Positions 27,578 through 36,024 of a stretch of 47,047 nucleotides of DNA are shown in pieces. The translations under genes and the position numbers were made by a program. Below the pieces are notes generated by a model. That model was not told the origin of the DNA. It saw nothing but the letters and a program-made list of their open reading frames with translations, and ran no database searches. The stretch's first letter is position 1. Each line of letters begins with the position of its first letter. Source of the DNA: Gemmatimonadota bacterium (GTDB lineage Bacteria; Gemmatimonadota; Gemmatimonadetes; Gemmatimonadales; GWC2-71-9); NCBI GenBank assembly GCA_039588295.1, contig JBDHAB010000020.1, forward strand, positions 1 to 47,047. Direction: 5' to 3'.

Positions 27578-30454
27578 TCACGGACGCGGCTCTCCGACAA
27601 GCCGTGCCAGCGCCATGCGGGCCTCGTCGACCAGCGGCTGCAGCACGGGATCCGCATCACCCCACGCGTCCACCACGAGGGAGTACGCCCGAATGGCCGT
27701 CTCTCGGTTTCCCAGCCGTTCGTGGACTCGGCCGCGCTCCAGTTCCACGACGATGGCATCCGCGGGTGGCGACCACTGCCGGGCGAAGGGCATGTGATCG
27801 AACAGGTCCGCGGCCTCACGATCTCGCCCCAGTCGAGCCAGAATCTGCGCCCGCGTGAGCTGCTCGTAGTAGCTGAAGTAGCGGTAGGGCCACACGGGGA
27901 GCGTCTCGAACATGCGGAGCGCGCCGAGCGTGTCACGCCGAGCCAGAGCGAGGTAGGCCCGGCCGGCCCGGCCGATGTGCTCCCCGCGGATCACGTTCTC
28001 CGGTGACACCGTCGTGGTAACCGAGTCCCAGTACGTCACAGCCTGCTTGAGCGCTGTCGTGTCGCCATCCTGCGCCCACCATCGGTGTCCATTCAAAATC
28101 CCGAAGCCGAAACGCTCCTCGAGCCAGGCACCGAATTGTACGTTTGCCGTATCGCGCGGAATTCCACCGAGCCGTGCGAGCACCGCGAACAGCGCCGGCT
28201 CTCGTACACCGATGAGCGCATACGAGTCCTTCAGGTGTCCACGGTATGCAAAGGCGAGTGCGAGCGACTGGCGTCCGAGCGCGGAGTCAGTCGCCGCAAT
28301 CCACGCGGTGGCGACACGCCTGCTCGTCTCCGCCGAGTCGATCCACCACTTGAGGTCGTACCACACTTGATAGAACGCGTCGGGGGCCAACGCCTCGAGC
28401 GATTCTTGCGTACTGGGGTCCGTGGTACGCTCGGGATCGAGCAGCGCGGCAATGATCAGCGCCGCGTCCCGGAACATGCTCGAGTCACTGCGGGCCACGT
28501 ACTGCTCCGCGACGGAGCGAGCGGCGTCTCTGTCGCGCAGCAGGAGCGAGAGCTCGATCAGGTGTCGGTACGCAGGCACGAACGCCGAGTCAAGTGCGAC
28601 CGCACGAGTGAACGCGTCGAACGCCTGCTGATCCGTCATGCCGATGAACGGACCGTGATGGAATCGTGCCTCACCGAGCTCGTACCACACCTGCGGGTCG
28701 GATGGATACTGCCTTGCGGCGAACTCGAGCGTGGTGAACAAGCGTCGCAACTGATCCCAACCGGTGGAGTCGCCGACGAACCGGGTCAGAGCACCGCTGA
28801 TCGAGTCGGCCACGATGAGGAGGCTCTCGCGACGCGCCAACCCGTGATTGAGCTGGCCGGCCCGGAGGAGCGAGGGGGTGATGTTCGGATCAAGATTGAG
28901 ATTCCACCCGCTGGCCGTGGCTCGCCGACTGTACGCCAGCGCAAACGTACTGTCCAACTCGATTGCCCGGTTGTAGTACCACTCCGCCGAGTCCAGGCTG
29001 AAGCTCCTATAGTGCTGCTCGCCCTGCAGGAACGCCTTGAGTGCCGCAGGCGAGGACGAGCCGAGCGAGGCGAGCCGCCAACCACTGAGGCCGCGCGTGC
29101 GACTCAGATCACCCATCAGGCGCACCGCGAGCGAGTCGGCCAGTCGGTCGATGCGATCGGCACGGTCACGGAGATCGAACTCGGCAATCGTCCTGTTATC
29201 CGCGACATCCAGCAGTGTGGCGAACGCGCGGGCCGAATCGATACCGGCGCTCACCAGCCGCCCATACAACACGAGCCCCGCTCCGAGGTCCGAACCCATT
29301 GACGTGGCGGAGACGACATCGGCTCGGCCTTCCCAGCCTTTGATGACCGCGGACGGCGGGACGGCACGGAGTGGACCCGCTCCGTCGAGGGCCGCCGCGA
29401 GCAGGTCCACCAACCCCTCACCCCACGTGGCGAGCTCGGGATCCAGCACATCGAACGGAGCGATGGCGATAACGTTAGGGTCGAGCTCCGGTCCCGAACG
29501 CGATCGCGCGATGATGGCGGCAGCGGCTCCGGCCACGAGCACCGCCACCGCGGCAATCGCGTAATACGTGCGGCTGCGCCGGCGAGCTGGCGAAGCGGCC
29601 GACGGGGCGGGTGCGGTGACGGTGCCCCCCGTGGCCGCGATCAGCTCGTCGGCATTGGTGAACCGTCGGTCGGGTGATTGCGCCAACGCCGTGGTGAGGA
29701 TGCGCTCGACCCAGTCGGGCAAGCTGTCCAACTGCTCGCGATCCTCGGGAGCGGCATCCGCGATGCGGCCCGTATCGAGTGTATCGCCGTCCAGCCATCG
29801 CCCCGGTGGTCTCCCCAGTAACATTTCGTGCAGCACGCACCCCAGGCTGTAGACGTCGGAGCGCCCGTCGAGGTCTTGACCTCCGGCGGCCTGTTCGGGA
29901 CTCATGTACCCCAGGGTGCCGAGCCCGAATCCGGAAGTGGTCAGGCCCGCACCGCCTGCGGCACTGATCGCACGGGCGATCCCGAAGTCCGCGACCACCG
30001 CTACTCCGCCGGAGAGCAGGATGTTCTCCGGCTTGATGTCGCGGTGCACCACGCCCTGCTGGTGCGCATAGCTCAATGCCGTTGCCACCTCGCGGGTGAT
30101 ACGCAGAGCCTCATCGAGCGTCAGACGTCCTTCGCGGTTGAGCCGCCAGCGCAACGACTTGCCCTCGACGTACGGCATCGTGAAGTACACGAACCCGTCG
30201 GCTTGCCCGGAGTCGTAGACCGGAGCGATGTGCGGGTGGCTCAGCTTGGAAGCGATGGAGATCTCGCGCAGGAAGCGTTCGACGCCGAGCTCCGCGGCGA
30301 TCTCCGGGCGCATCACCTTGATCGCGACCTGCCGGTCGTGCTTGAGATCCCGGGCAAGGTAGACGGTGGCCATGCCACCGCTACCGATCTCTCGCTGGAT
30401 GCGGTACCGGTCGGCGAGCGCGGCTTCGAGGCTGTCTGAGCGGTCGGACATCAT
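27578..30454 (-). CDS. Ser/Thr protein kinase with TM helix and extracytoplasmic TolB_N-like/TPR region
   Basis: LADRYRIQREIGSGGMATVYLARDLKHDRQVAIKV, HRDIKPENIL, DFG, YMSPEQ, TM YYAIAAVAVLVAGAAAAII, IAIAPF, TPR helices. Confidence 0.92.
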   Translation of the reverse strand: MMSDRSDSLEAALADRYRIQREIGSGGMATVYLARDLKHDRQVAIKVMRPEIAAELGVERFLREISIASKLSHPHIAPVYDSGQADGFVYFTMPYVEGKSLRWRLNREGRLTLDEALRITREVATALSYAHQQGVVHRDIKPENILLSGGVAVVADFGIARAISAAGGAGLTTSGFGLGTLGYMSPEQAAGGQDLDGRSDVYSLGCVLHEMLLGRPPGRWLDGDTLDTGRIADAAPEDREQLDSLPDWVERILTTALAQSPDRRFTNADELIAATGGTVTAPAPSAASPARRRSRTYYAIAAVAVLVAGAAAAIIARSRSGPELDPNVIAIAPFDVLDPELATWGEGLVDLLAAALDGAGPLRAVPPSAVIKGWEGRADVVSATSMGSDLGAGLVLYGRLVSAGIDSARAFATLLDVADNRTIAEFDLRDRADRIDRLADSLAVRLMGDLSRTRGLSGWRLASLGSSSPAALKAFLQGEQHYRSFSLDSAEWYYNRAIELDSTFALAYSRRATASGWNLNLDPNITPSLLRAGQLNHGLARRESLLIVADSISGALTRFVGDSTGWDQLRRLFTTLEFAARQYPSDPQVWYELGEARFHHGPFIGMTDQQAFDAFTRAVALDSAFVPAYRHLIELSLLLRDRDAARSVAEQYVARSDSSMFRDAALIIAALLDPERTTDPSTQESLEALAPDAFYQVWYDLKWWIDSAETSRRVATAWIAATDSALGRQSLALAFAYRGHLKDSYALIGVREPALFAVLARLGGIPRDTANVQFGAWLEERFGFGILNGHRWWAQDGDTTALKQAVTYWDSVTTTVSPENVIRGEHIGRAGRAYLALARRDTLGALRMFETLPVWPYRYFSYYEQLTRAQILARLGRDREAADLFDHMPFARQWSPPADAIVVELERGRVHERLGNRETAIRAYSLVVDAWGDADPVLQPLVDEARMALARLVGEPRP

Positions 30455-30664
30455 CCCAATCCGGTGCGTCGAACTCACCAATGAATAGGGACGGGGGAGA
30501 GGCGCGTCTAGGGAGCGACGGATCGTCGGTTTGTCGGACCGCACAGCATGGCGCCTCGGGGACGTCGGTGAAAGCTAGGTGACACCAATGCACCGGATTG
30601 GCCGTAGCGGTAGGTTGGGATAGGGGGCGACAGCCCCGGCACTATGCCGCCATCTGGAGGACCG

Positions 30665-31336
30665 ATGACAAGAGTACGATCGATCGCAGTGATGCTCGCT
30701 AGCGCGCTCGGGACCGCCGCACCGGTCATCGCGCAGGAAGCCACGATCCAACCCGACCTCGCCATGGTGACCGTCGGGGCGGTGTGGCAGGTGGTGGGTC
30801 GTCAGGCGACCGCGCTGGAGGAAGACGGGCGACGGGTGGTCCGCCTCGATCAGACAACCGGATCGGGCTTCGCCCGGTTGACGGGGTTCGCGTTCGGCGA
30901 GGGCGCGATCGAGCTGGCCATTCGGGGCAAGAACGTTCCACAGCACAGCTTCGTCGGCGTGGCGTTCCACGGCGTGGACGACGAAACCTACGACGCCGTC
31001 TACTTCCGACCATTCAACTTTCGGAGCGACGATCCGGAGCGGCGGAGCAACGGCGTGCAGTACGTATCGCACCCGACCTACACGTGGAACAAGCTGCGAG
31101 CCGAGCACACGGGGCAATACGAGCAGCGGGTGGATCCGCCCCCCGATCCCGACGACTGGTTCCGCGCGCGGATCGTCGTGCGAGGAGGCACGGTCTCGGT
31201 GTACGTGAACGACGCGACCACCCCGAGCCTCGTCGTGGAACAGCTCAGCGACCGAGCGAGCGGCTGGCTCGGGCTCTGGGTGGGCAACGGATCGGGCGGA
31301 GACTTCGCCGACCTCCGCATCACGCCGGACGGGTAG
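30665..31336 (+). CDS. Exported concanavalin-A-like (DUF1080-type) domain protein
   Basis: GGAGG RBS, signal ...VIA|Q, FGEGAIEL, GVAF, WFRARIVVRGGTVSVYVND, GWLGLW, FADLRI. Confidence 0.65.
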   Translation: MTRVRSIAVMLASALGTAAPVIAQEATIQPDLAMVTVGAVWQVVGRQATALEEDGRRVVRLDQTTGSGFARLTGFAFGEGAIELAIRGKNVPQHSFVGVAFHGVDDETYDAVYFRPFNFRSDDPERRSNGVQYVSHPTYTWNKLRAEHTGQYEQRVDPPPDPDDWFRARIVVRGGTVSVYVNDATTPSLVVEQLSDRASGWLGLWVGNGSGGDFADLRITPDG

Positions 31337-31397
31337 ACCAGCAGCCAGCGCGCCGCTGCAGGGGAGCGGCGGGCAGGGCCGATCCCGTACGCACACT

Positions 31398-31426
31398 TTC
31401 GACACTCGGCCCGCCGAGCGTATGAT
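31398..31426 (+). promoter_or_regulatory. Sigma70-type promoter with palindrome in the spacer, copy 2
   Basis: TTCGAC-17bp-TATGAT. CTCGGC-N2-GCCGAG at 31405-31418. Confidence 0.65.
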
Positions 31427-31461
31427 GCATGGTAGCGGTGCCACCAGACGGAGCACCGTGG

Positions 31462-31782
31462 ATGCCGGTCACGGCGAGACTCTCTCACACGTTCTACGAG
31501 CGCTTCGGCGAAGAAGTCACGAATGAGCTCGTGGATTGGTTCAACGCGGTGGACGCAACCTACCGAGCGGATCTGCGCGAGCTGAACGAGCTGAACTTCC
31601 AGCGGTTCGACGCCAAGCTGGAGCAGCGGGTAGCCCAGCTCGAAACGAAGCTGACACAGCTCGACGCGAAGTTCGAACAGCGGATCGGCGAAACCCGCGC
31701 CGACCTCATCAAGTGGATGTTGGTGTTCTGGGCTGGCACCCTCGTCCCACTCGCCGGCCTGATCCTCTCACTGCATCTCTAG
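31462..31782 (+). CDS. DUF1640/CCDC90-like coiled-coil protein with C-terminal membrane anchor, copy 2 (106 aa)
   Basis: MPVTARLSHTFYERFGEEVTNELVDWFNAVDATYR..LRELNELNFQRFDAK...RADLIKWMLVFWAGT, a clear paralogue of 26013-26423. Confidence 0.8.
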   Translation: MPVTARLSHTFYERFGEEVTNELVDWFNAVDATYRADLRELNELNFQRFDAKLEQRVAQLETKLTQLDAKFEQRIGETRADLIKWMLVFWAGTLVPLAGLILSLHL

Positions 31783-31818
31783 CCGGCGCGGTCCCCGCAC
31801 CCACCAACCTGCACCGGT

Positions 31819-34800
31819 CTACTCCCCCACCCTGCTGTACACGTAGTCCCTGAAGCTCACGCGATAGAGCAAGGAATACAGGATCGGCACGAATCCCAGG
31901 GTCAGTGCCGTGGCAAACGCCAGACCGAAGATGATGGCGATCGCCATCGGCTCAAACATCGCTCCCCCGCCGAACCACAGCGGCAACAGACCGCCGACCG
32001 TCGTCGCGGTCGTCAGCAGGATCGGTCGCAGGCGGCGTTGCGCGGCCTCGATGACCGCATCGGCCGGGGCGCGGTGGTTCTCCTGCTCCTCGATACGGAT
32101 CCGGTCGAGCAGCACGATCGCGTTGTTGATCACGATGCCGATGAGCGCGATCACGCCGAGGAACGTCATGAACCCGAAATACGATTGGGCGACCAAGAGC
32201 CCCACCACCACGCCGATCAACGCCAGCGGCACCGTGAGCATGATGATCAACGGCCTGCGGACCGAGTTGAACTGCCCCACCAGAAGCATCACGATGATCA
32301 GCAGCGCGATGGGCATCTTGGCGTTGATCGAGGCCTGGGACTTGGCCGATTCGGCCACTTCCCCACCAACCTCGAAGCGATACCCGAGCGGCAACGCCTC
32401 GGCCGTCTCATCCAACCACGGCTGGAACTGCGCCATGATAGCTGCCGCCGTGACACCAGGCTGGAGCTCGGCCTGCACATTCACCGTACGGAGTCGATCG
32501 CGCCTGAGGATCTTGGCGGGCTGCCACACGACCTCGAGATCCGCCACCTGCTTGAGCGGCACCGAACGTCCGGTCACCTGCGAGTAAACGTTGAGACTCT
32601 CGATCTTGCCGAGATCTTCCCGATCGGCCGACACCGATCGCATGGTCACCGGGATGATCTTGTCATCCTCACGGAACTGCGTCGTCTCGATGCCGGAGAG
32701 CACGGTTTGCAGCGAGACGGCGACATCACGGTTCGACACGCCCGCCCGCCTGGCTCTCGCGCCGTTCACCTTGACCAGGATCTTCTTGGTCCGACGCCCC
32801 CAGTCGTCGGTGATGTTGCGCGTGCCGGCAATGGTGCCGATCTGCGCTTTGACTCGATCCACGAGATCGAAGATCACATTGATCTCGCGGCCCGAGACAC
32901 GGATCTCGATCGGGGCATTGACCGGCGGGCCGAGGATCGCCGGTTTGAACGTGGCCGTGACGTCGGGCATTTCCTCGAGCACGAACCGCTCGAGACGTGG
33001 AATCAGCTCGTCGACCGCATCGCGCGACGTCATATTCAGCATGACGTAGGCGTACTCGGAGCTGGGCTGCTCCGGCGCGTAGGTCAAGACGTAGCGCGGC
33101 GCGCCCTCGCCGATGAAGCTCACCCAGTTCTCCACCGCATGCGCGCCGTTCTCCTCTGAGGGCGTTCGCAGCTCGTCCTCGAGGAAACGTTCGAGCTGCT
33201 GCACGGTCCGTTCGGTGCGCTCGATCGGCGTTCCGATGGGAAGCTCCAGGTCCCCGGTGAGAAGCGCCCGGTCCGACGGCGGGAAGAAGATGTTGGGAAC
33301 CAACCGGAATCCCATCATGGCGACGACGAACATCCCCACGATGCCGGCCAGCGCGGCAGACCGGTGCCGCAGGCTCCACAGCAGCGCGCTGCGGTACCGG
33401 TAATAGAACGGCGTGTCGAAACCCGTTCCCGCTCGGCGACGCACCTTGAGGAACCGATACGCCAAGAGCGGGACCATCGTGAGCGACAGCACCCAGGACG
33501 ACAGGAGCGTGATCGTCACCACCTTGAAGAGCGGTGCGGTGTACTCGCCAGCCGCCGACTCCGCGAGGAAGATGGGCAGGAACGCGGCTGCGGTCGTGAG
33601 GGAGGACGTGAGCAACGGAATCCGCAGCTCAGCGGCCGAGTCCACGGCAGCATCGAGCCGGCCCTTGCCCTCACCCATCTGCGTCTGAATCGACTCGGAC
33701 ATCACGATAGCGTTGTCGACGAGCATCCCCAATGCGATGATCAGGGAGGCGAGCGACATCTGGTCGAGCCCGATCCCGAGCATCGCCATGATGAGCATGG
33801 ACATCAGCATGCTCATCGGAATCAGCGCGGACACGACGAGTCCCGTCCGCAGGCCGAGTGCGACCAACGCCACGAGGATGACGACGGCGATCGCCTGCAG
33901 CATGCTGCCCACGAAGTCGTCGATCTTCTGCTCGACGATGTCGGGCTGGAACGCCGCCAGATCGAAGTCGACACCGATCGGATACTCGGCCTGCATGCGG
34001 CGGTACACCCGGCGCACCTCTTCACCCAGCTGGATGATGTTGCCGCCTTCGCGCAGTGAAACCGCCAGCGCTAAGGCACGCGCGCCGGTTGCACGTGCCA
34101 AGGTCTGCGGGGGATCCACGTAGCCGCGCTCGACCGTGGCGATATCCTGCAGCTGGATCACTTGGCTCGTTCCCGGAAGGCGAATCACGCTGCGCCGTAG
34201 ATCCTCGACCGTCTCGAAGTTCCCGGAAGGCTCGAGCGAAATGCGCTCGTCACCCGTATTGATCTCGCCACCGGGAATCACGATGTTGCGGGATCCGAGA
34301 ATGGTCTGCAGCTGCGCCGGAGAGAGTCCCAGCTCGGCCAGTCGCGCGTTGTTGAACTCGACGAAGATCTGTTCTTGCTGGTCGCCGTAGATTTCGACCT
34401 TCGCCACCTCGGGAATCCGTAGCAACTCGTCGCGTACGTCGTCCGCGACGTCCTTGAGCTCGGCGTACGTGTAGTCCTCACCGCTGATGGTGATGATCGT
34501 GCCGAAGACATCGCCGAACTCGTCATTGACGAATGGCCCGATGATTCCCTCGGGCAGATCGGGACGCGTCGCCTCCACCTTGCGGCGCAGATCGTCCCAG
34601 ATCGGCCGCATGTCGGTGTAACTTTCGAGGATGTTGACGAAGAGAAACGAGGCGCCGGTCTTCGACTGACTGGCGACGTAGTCCAGCTCGGGGATTTGCT
34701 GGATCGACTTCTCGAGCTTGTCGGTGACCAACGACTCCACGCGCTCCGGGCTGGCGCCGGGAAAGAACGTCTGCACCAGAGCGACCCGCATCACGAAGCC

Positions 34801-34914
34801 CGGGTCCTCGGCGCGCGGGAGTCCGAAATAGCTGGACAGGCCGCCGAACAGGATCACGACCAGGGCGACGGTCGTGATCCTGTTCTTCTCGATGGCGATG
34901 CGCGTGATGCTCAT
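31819..34914 (-). CDS. RND efflux transporter permease subunit (AcrB/AcrD/AcrF family)
   Basis: 1031 aa. FPGASPERVE, ALGMLVDNAIV, GIVINNAIVLLD, RLRPILLT, two large periplasmic loops. Confidence 0.95.
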   Translation of the reverse strand: MSITRIAIEKNRITTVALVVILFGGLSSYFGLPRAEDPGFVMRVALVQTFFPGASPERVESLVTDKLEKSIQQIPELDYVASQSKTGASFLFVNILESYTDMRPIWDDLRRKVEATRPDLPEGIIGPFVNDEFGDVFGTIITISGEDYTYAELKDVADDVRDELLRIPEVAKVEIYGDQQEQIFVEFNNARLAELGLSPAQLQTILGSRNIVIPGGEINTGDERISLEPSGNFETVEDLRRSVIRLPGTSQVIQLQDIATVERGYVDPPQTLARATGARALALAVSLREGGNIIQLGEEVRRVYRRMQAEYPIGVDFDLAAFQPDIVEQKIDDFVGSMLQAIAVVILVALVALGLRTGLVVSALIPMSMLMSMLIMAMLGIGLDQMSLASLIIALGMLVDNAIVMSESIQTQMGEGKGRLDAAVDSAAELRIPLLTSSLTTAAAFLPIFLAESAAGEYTAPLFKVVTITLLSSWVLSLTMVPLLAYRFLKVRRRAGTGFDTPFYYRYRSALLWSLRHRSAALAGIVGMFVVAMMGFRLVPNIFFPPSDRALLTGDLELPIGTPIERTERTVQQLERFLEDELRTPSEENGAHAVENWVSFIGEGAPRYVLTYAPEQPSSEYAYVMLNMTSRDAVDELIPRLERFVLEEMPDVTATFKPAILGPPVNAPIEIRVSGREINVIFDLVDRVKAQIGTIAGTRNITDDWGRRTKKILVKVNGARARRAGVSNRDVAVSLQTVLSGIETTQFREDDKIIPVTMRSVSADREDLGKIESLNVYSQVTGRSVPLKQVADLEVVWQPAKILRRDRLRTVNVQAELQPGVTAAAIMAQFQPWLDETAEALPLGYRFEVGGEVAESAKSQASINAKMPIALLIIVMLLVGQFNSVRRPLIIMLTVPLALIGVVVGLLVAQSYFGFMTFLGVIALIGIVINNAIVLLDRIRIEEQENHRAPADAVIEAAQRRLRPILLTTATTVGGLLPLWFGGGAMFEPMAIAIIFGLAFATALTLGFVPILYSLLYRVSFRDYVYSRVGE

Positions 34915-34926
34915 CGTGCCTCCCGG

Positions 34927-36006
34927 TCAGATGCGAACGCGGAGGCCATCGACAATCTGCCCGATCCCCGCGGTCACCACACGCTCTCCGTCTTCCAACC
35001 CCTCGAGGATCTCGAGACCATCCGTCGTCAGCTCCCCGACCGACACGGCCCGGCGGCGCGCAACCCCGTATCCCGAGTCCGCCGGCTCGACGATGAACAC
35101 GAATCGTCCGTTCTGGTCCTCACTCACCGCCATCGGGGGCACGACGATCACGTTGCTGCCGCCCGGTGCCGTGAATCGAACGGCCACCTCGGCCGCCATC
35201 CCGGATCGGACACCCTCATGGGATTCACTCAGGCGGACCGTGACCGGATAGGTGGCACCCGTTTCCGTCGCCGCCACGCCCACCTCGGTGATGATGCCCG
35301 GCAAGTTCTGGTCGGGAAGCGCATCGAACGTCACGGTTACCTCACTTCCCTCCCGCACCTCACCGATCAGGACCTCCGGAACCGCGACGGCCACCTCGAG
35401 GTCCGAACCGGACGTGAGCAGGACGACCGTCTGACCGGCGCGGACGTTCTGGTTGAGCTCGACGCTCACGGACGCAATGGCGCCGGCCTGCGGCGCCGTC
35501 AAGCGCGTGAACGCGAGCTGCCGCTGTGCGAGCCCCAGACGGTTGGTCGCCGACTGTACCTGCTCTGCCGCGGATTCCGCGGCCGTCCGCGCCGCCTCCA
35601 GGTCCGTCAGTGACGCGTTCTCGTTCTCGTACATGCCGCGGACGCGGTCGTAGTTGGCCTGGGCGTTGCGAGCTTCCGCCTCGGCGCGCCGGAGCGCCGC
35701 TTGGGCATCCTGCCGCTGCAACCGGTAATCCTCACGATCGAGCTCCGCGATCAACTGACCGGACTGCACGCGGTCACCAACGTTGACAGGAAGCTGTTGC
35801 ACCGTCCCGGCAACGCGAAAACTGAGGGGGGCCTCCACCGCCGATTGCGCGACGCCCGAGAATCGTCGTACCCGAACGCCTCCGCTCTGGAAAACTTCGA
35901 TATAGCGAACCGGCCGAACGATCGGTTCGTCCTCTGCGTCGCCACCGCCGCAACCCACCGAGCAGATCGCAACCCCGGTGACCAATGGAAGGAATCGTCG
36001 CATCAT
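34927..36006 (-). CDS. RND efflux periplasmic adaptor (membrane fusion protein)
   Basis: Lipobox SVGC, LSFRVAGTV...VNVGDRV, helical hairpin, LTAPQAG, GLEDGERVVTAG. Confidence 0.93.
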   Translation of the reverse strand: MMRRFLPLVTGVAICSVGCGGGDAEDEPIVRPVRYIEVFQSGGVRVRRFSGVAQSAVEAPLSFRVAGTVQQLPVNVGDRVQSGQLIAELDREDYRLQRQDAQAALRRAEAEARNAQANYDRVRGMYENENASLTDLEAARTAAESAAEQVQSATNRLGLAQRQLAFTRLTAPQAGAIASVSVELNQNVRAGQTVVLLTSGSDLEVAVAVPEVLIGEVREGSEVTVTFDALPDQNLPGIITEVGVAATETGATYPVTVRLSESHEGVRSGMAAEVAVRFTAPGGSNVIVVPPMAVSEDQNGRFVFIVEPADSGYGVARRRAVSVGELTTDGLEILEGLEDGERVVTAGIGQIVDGLRVRI

Positions 36007-36024
36007 AGAGGCACCCTCGAGTGA

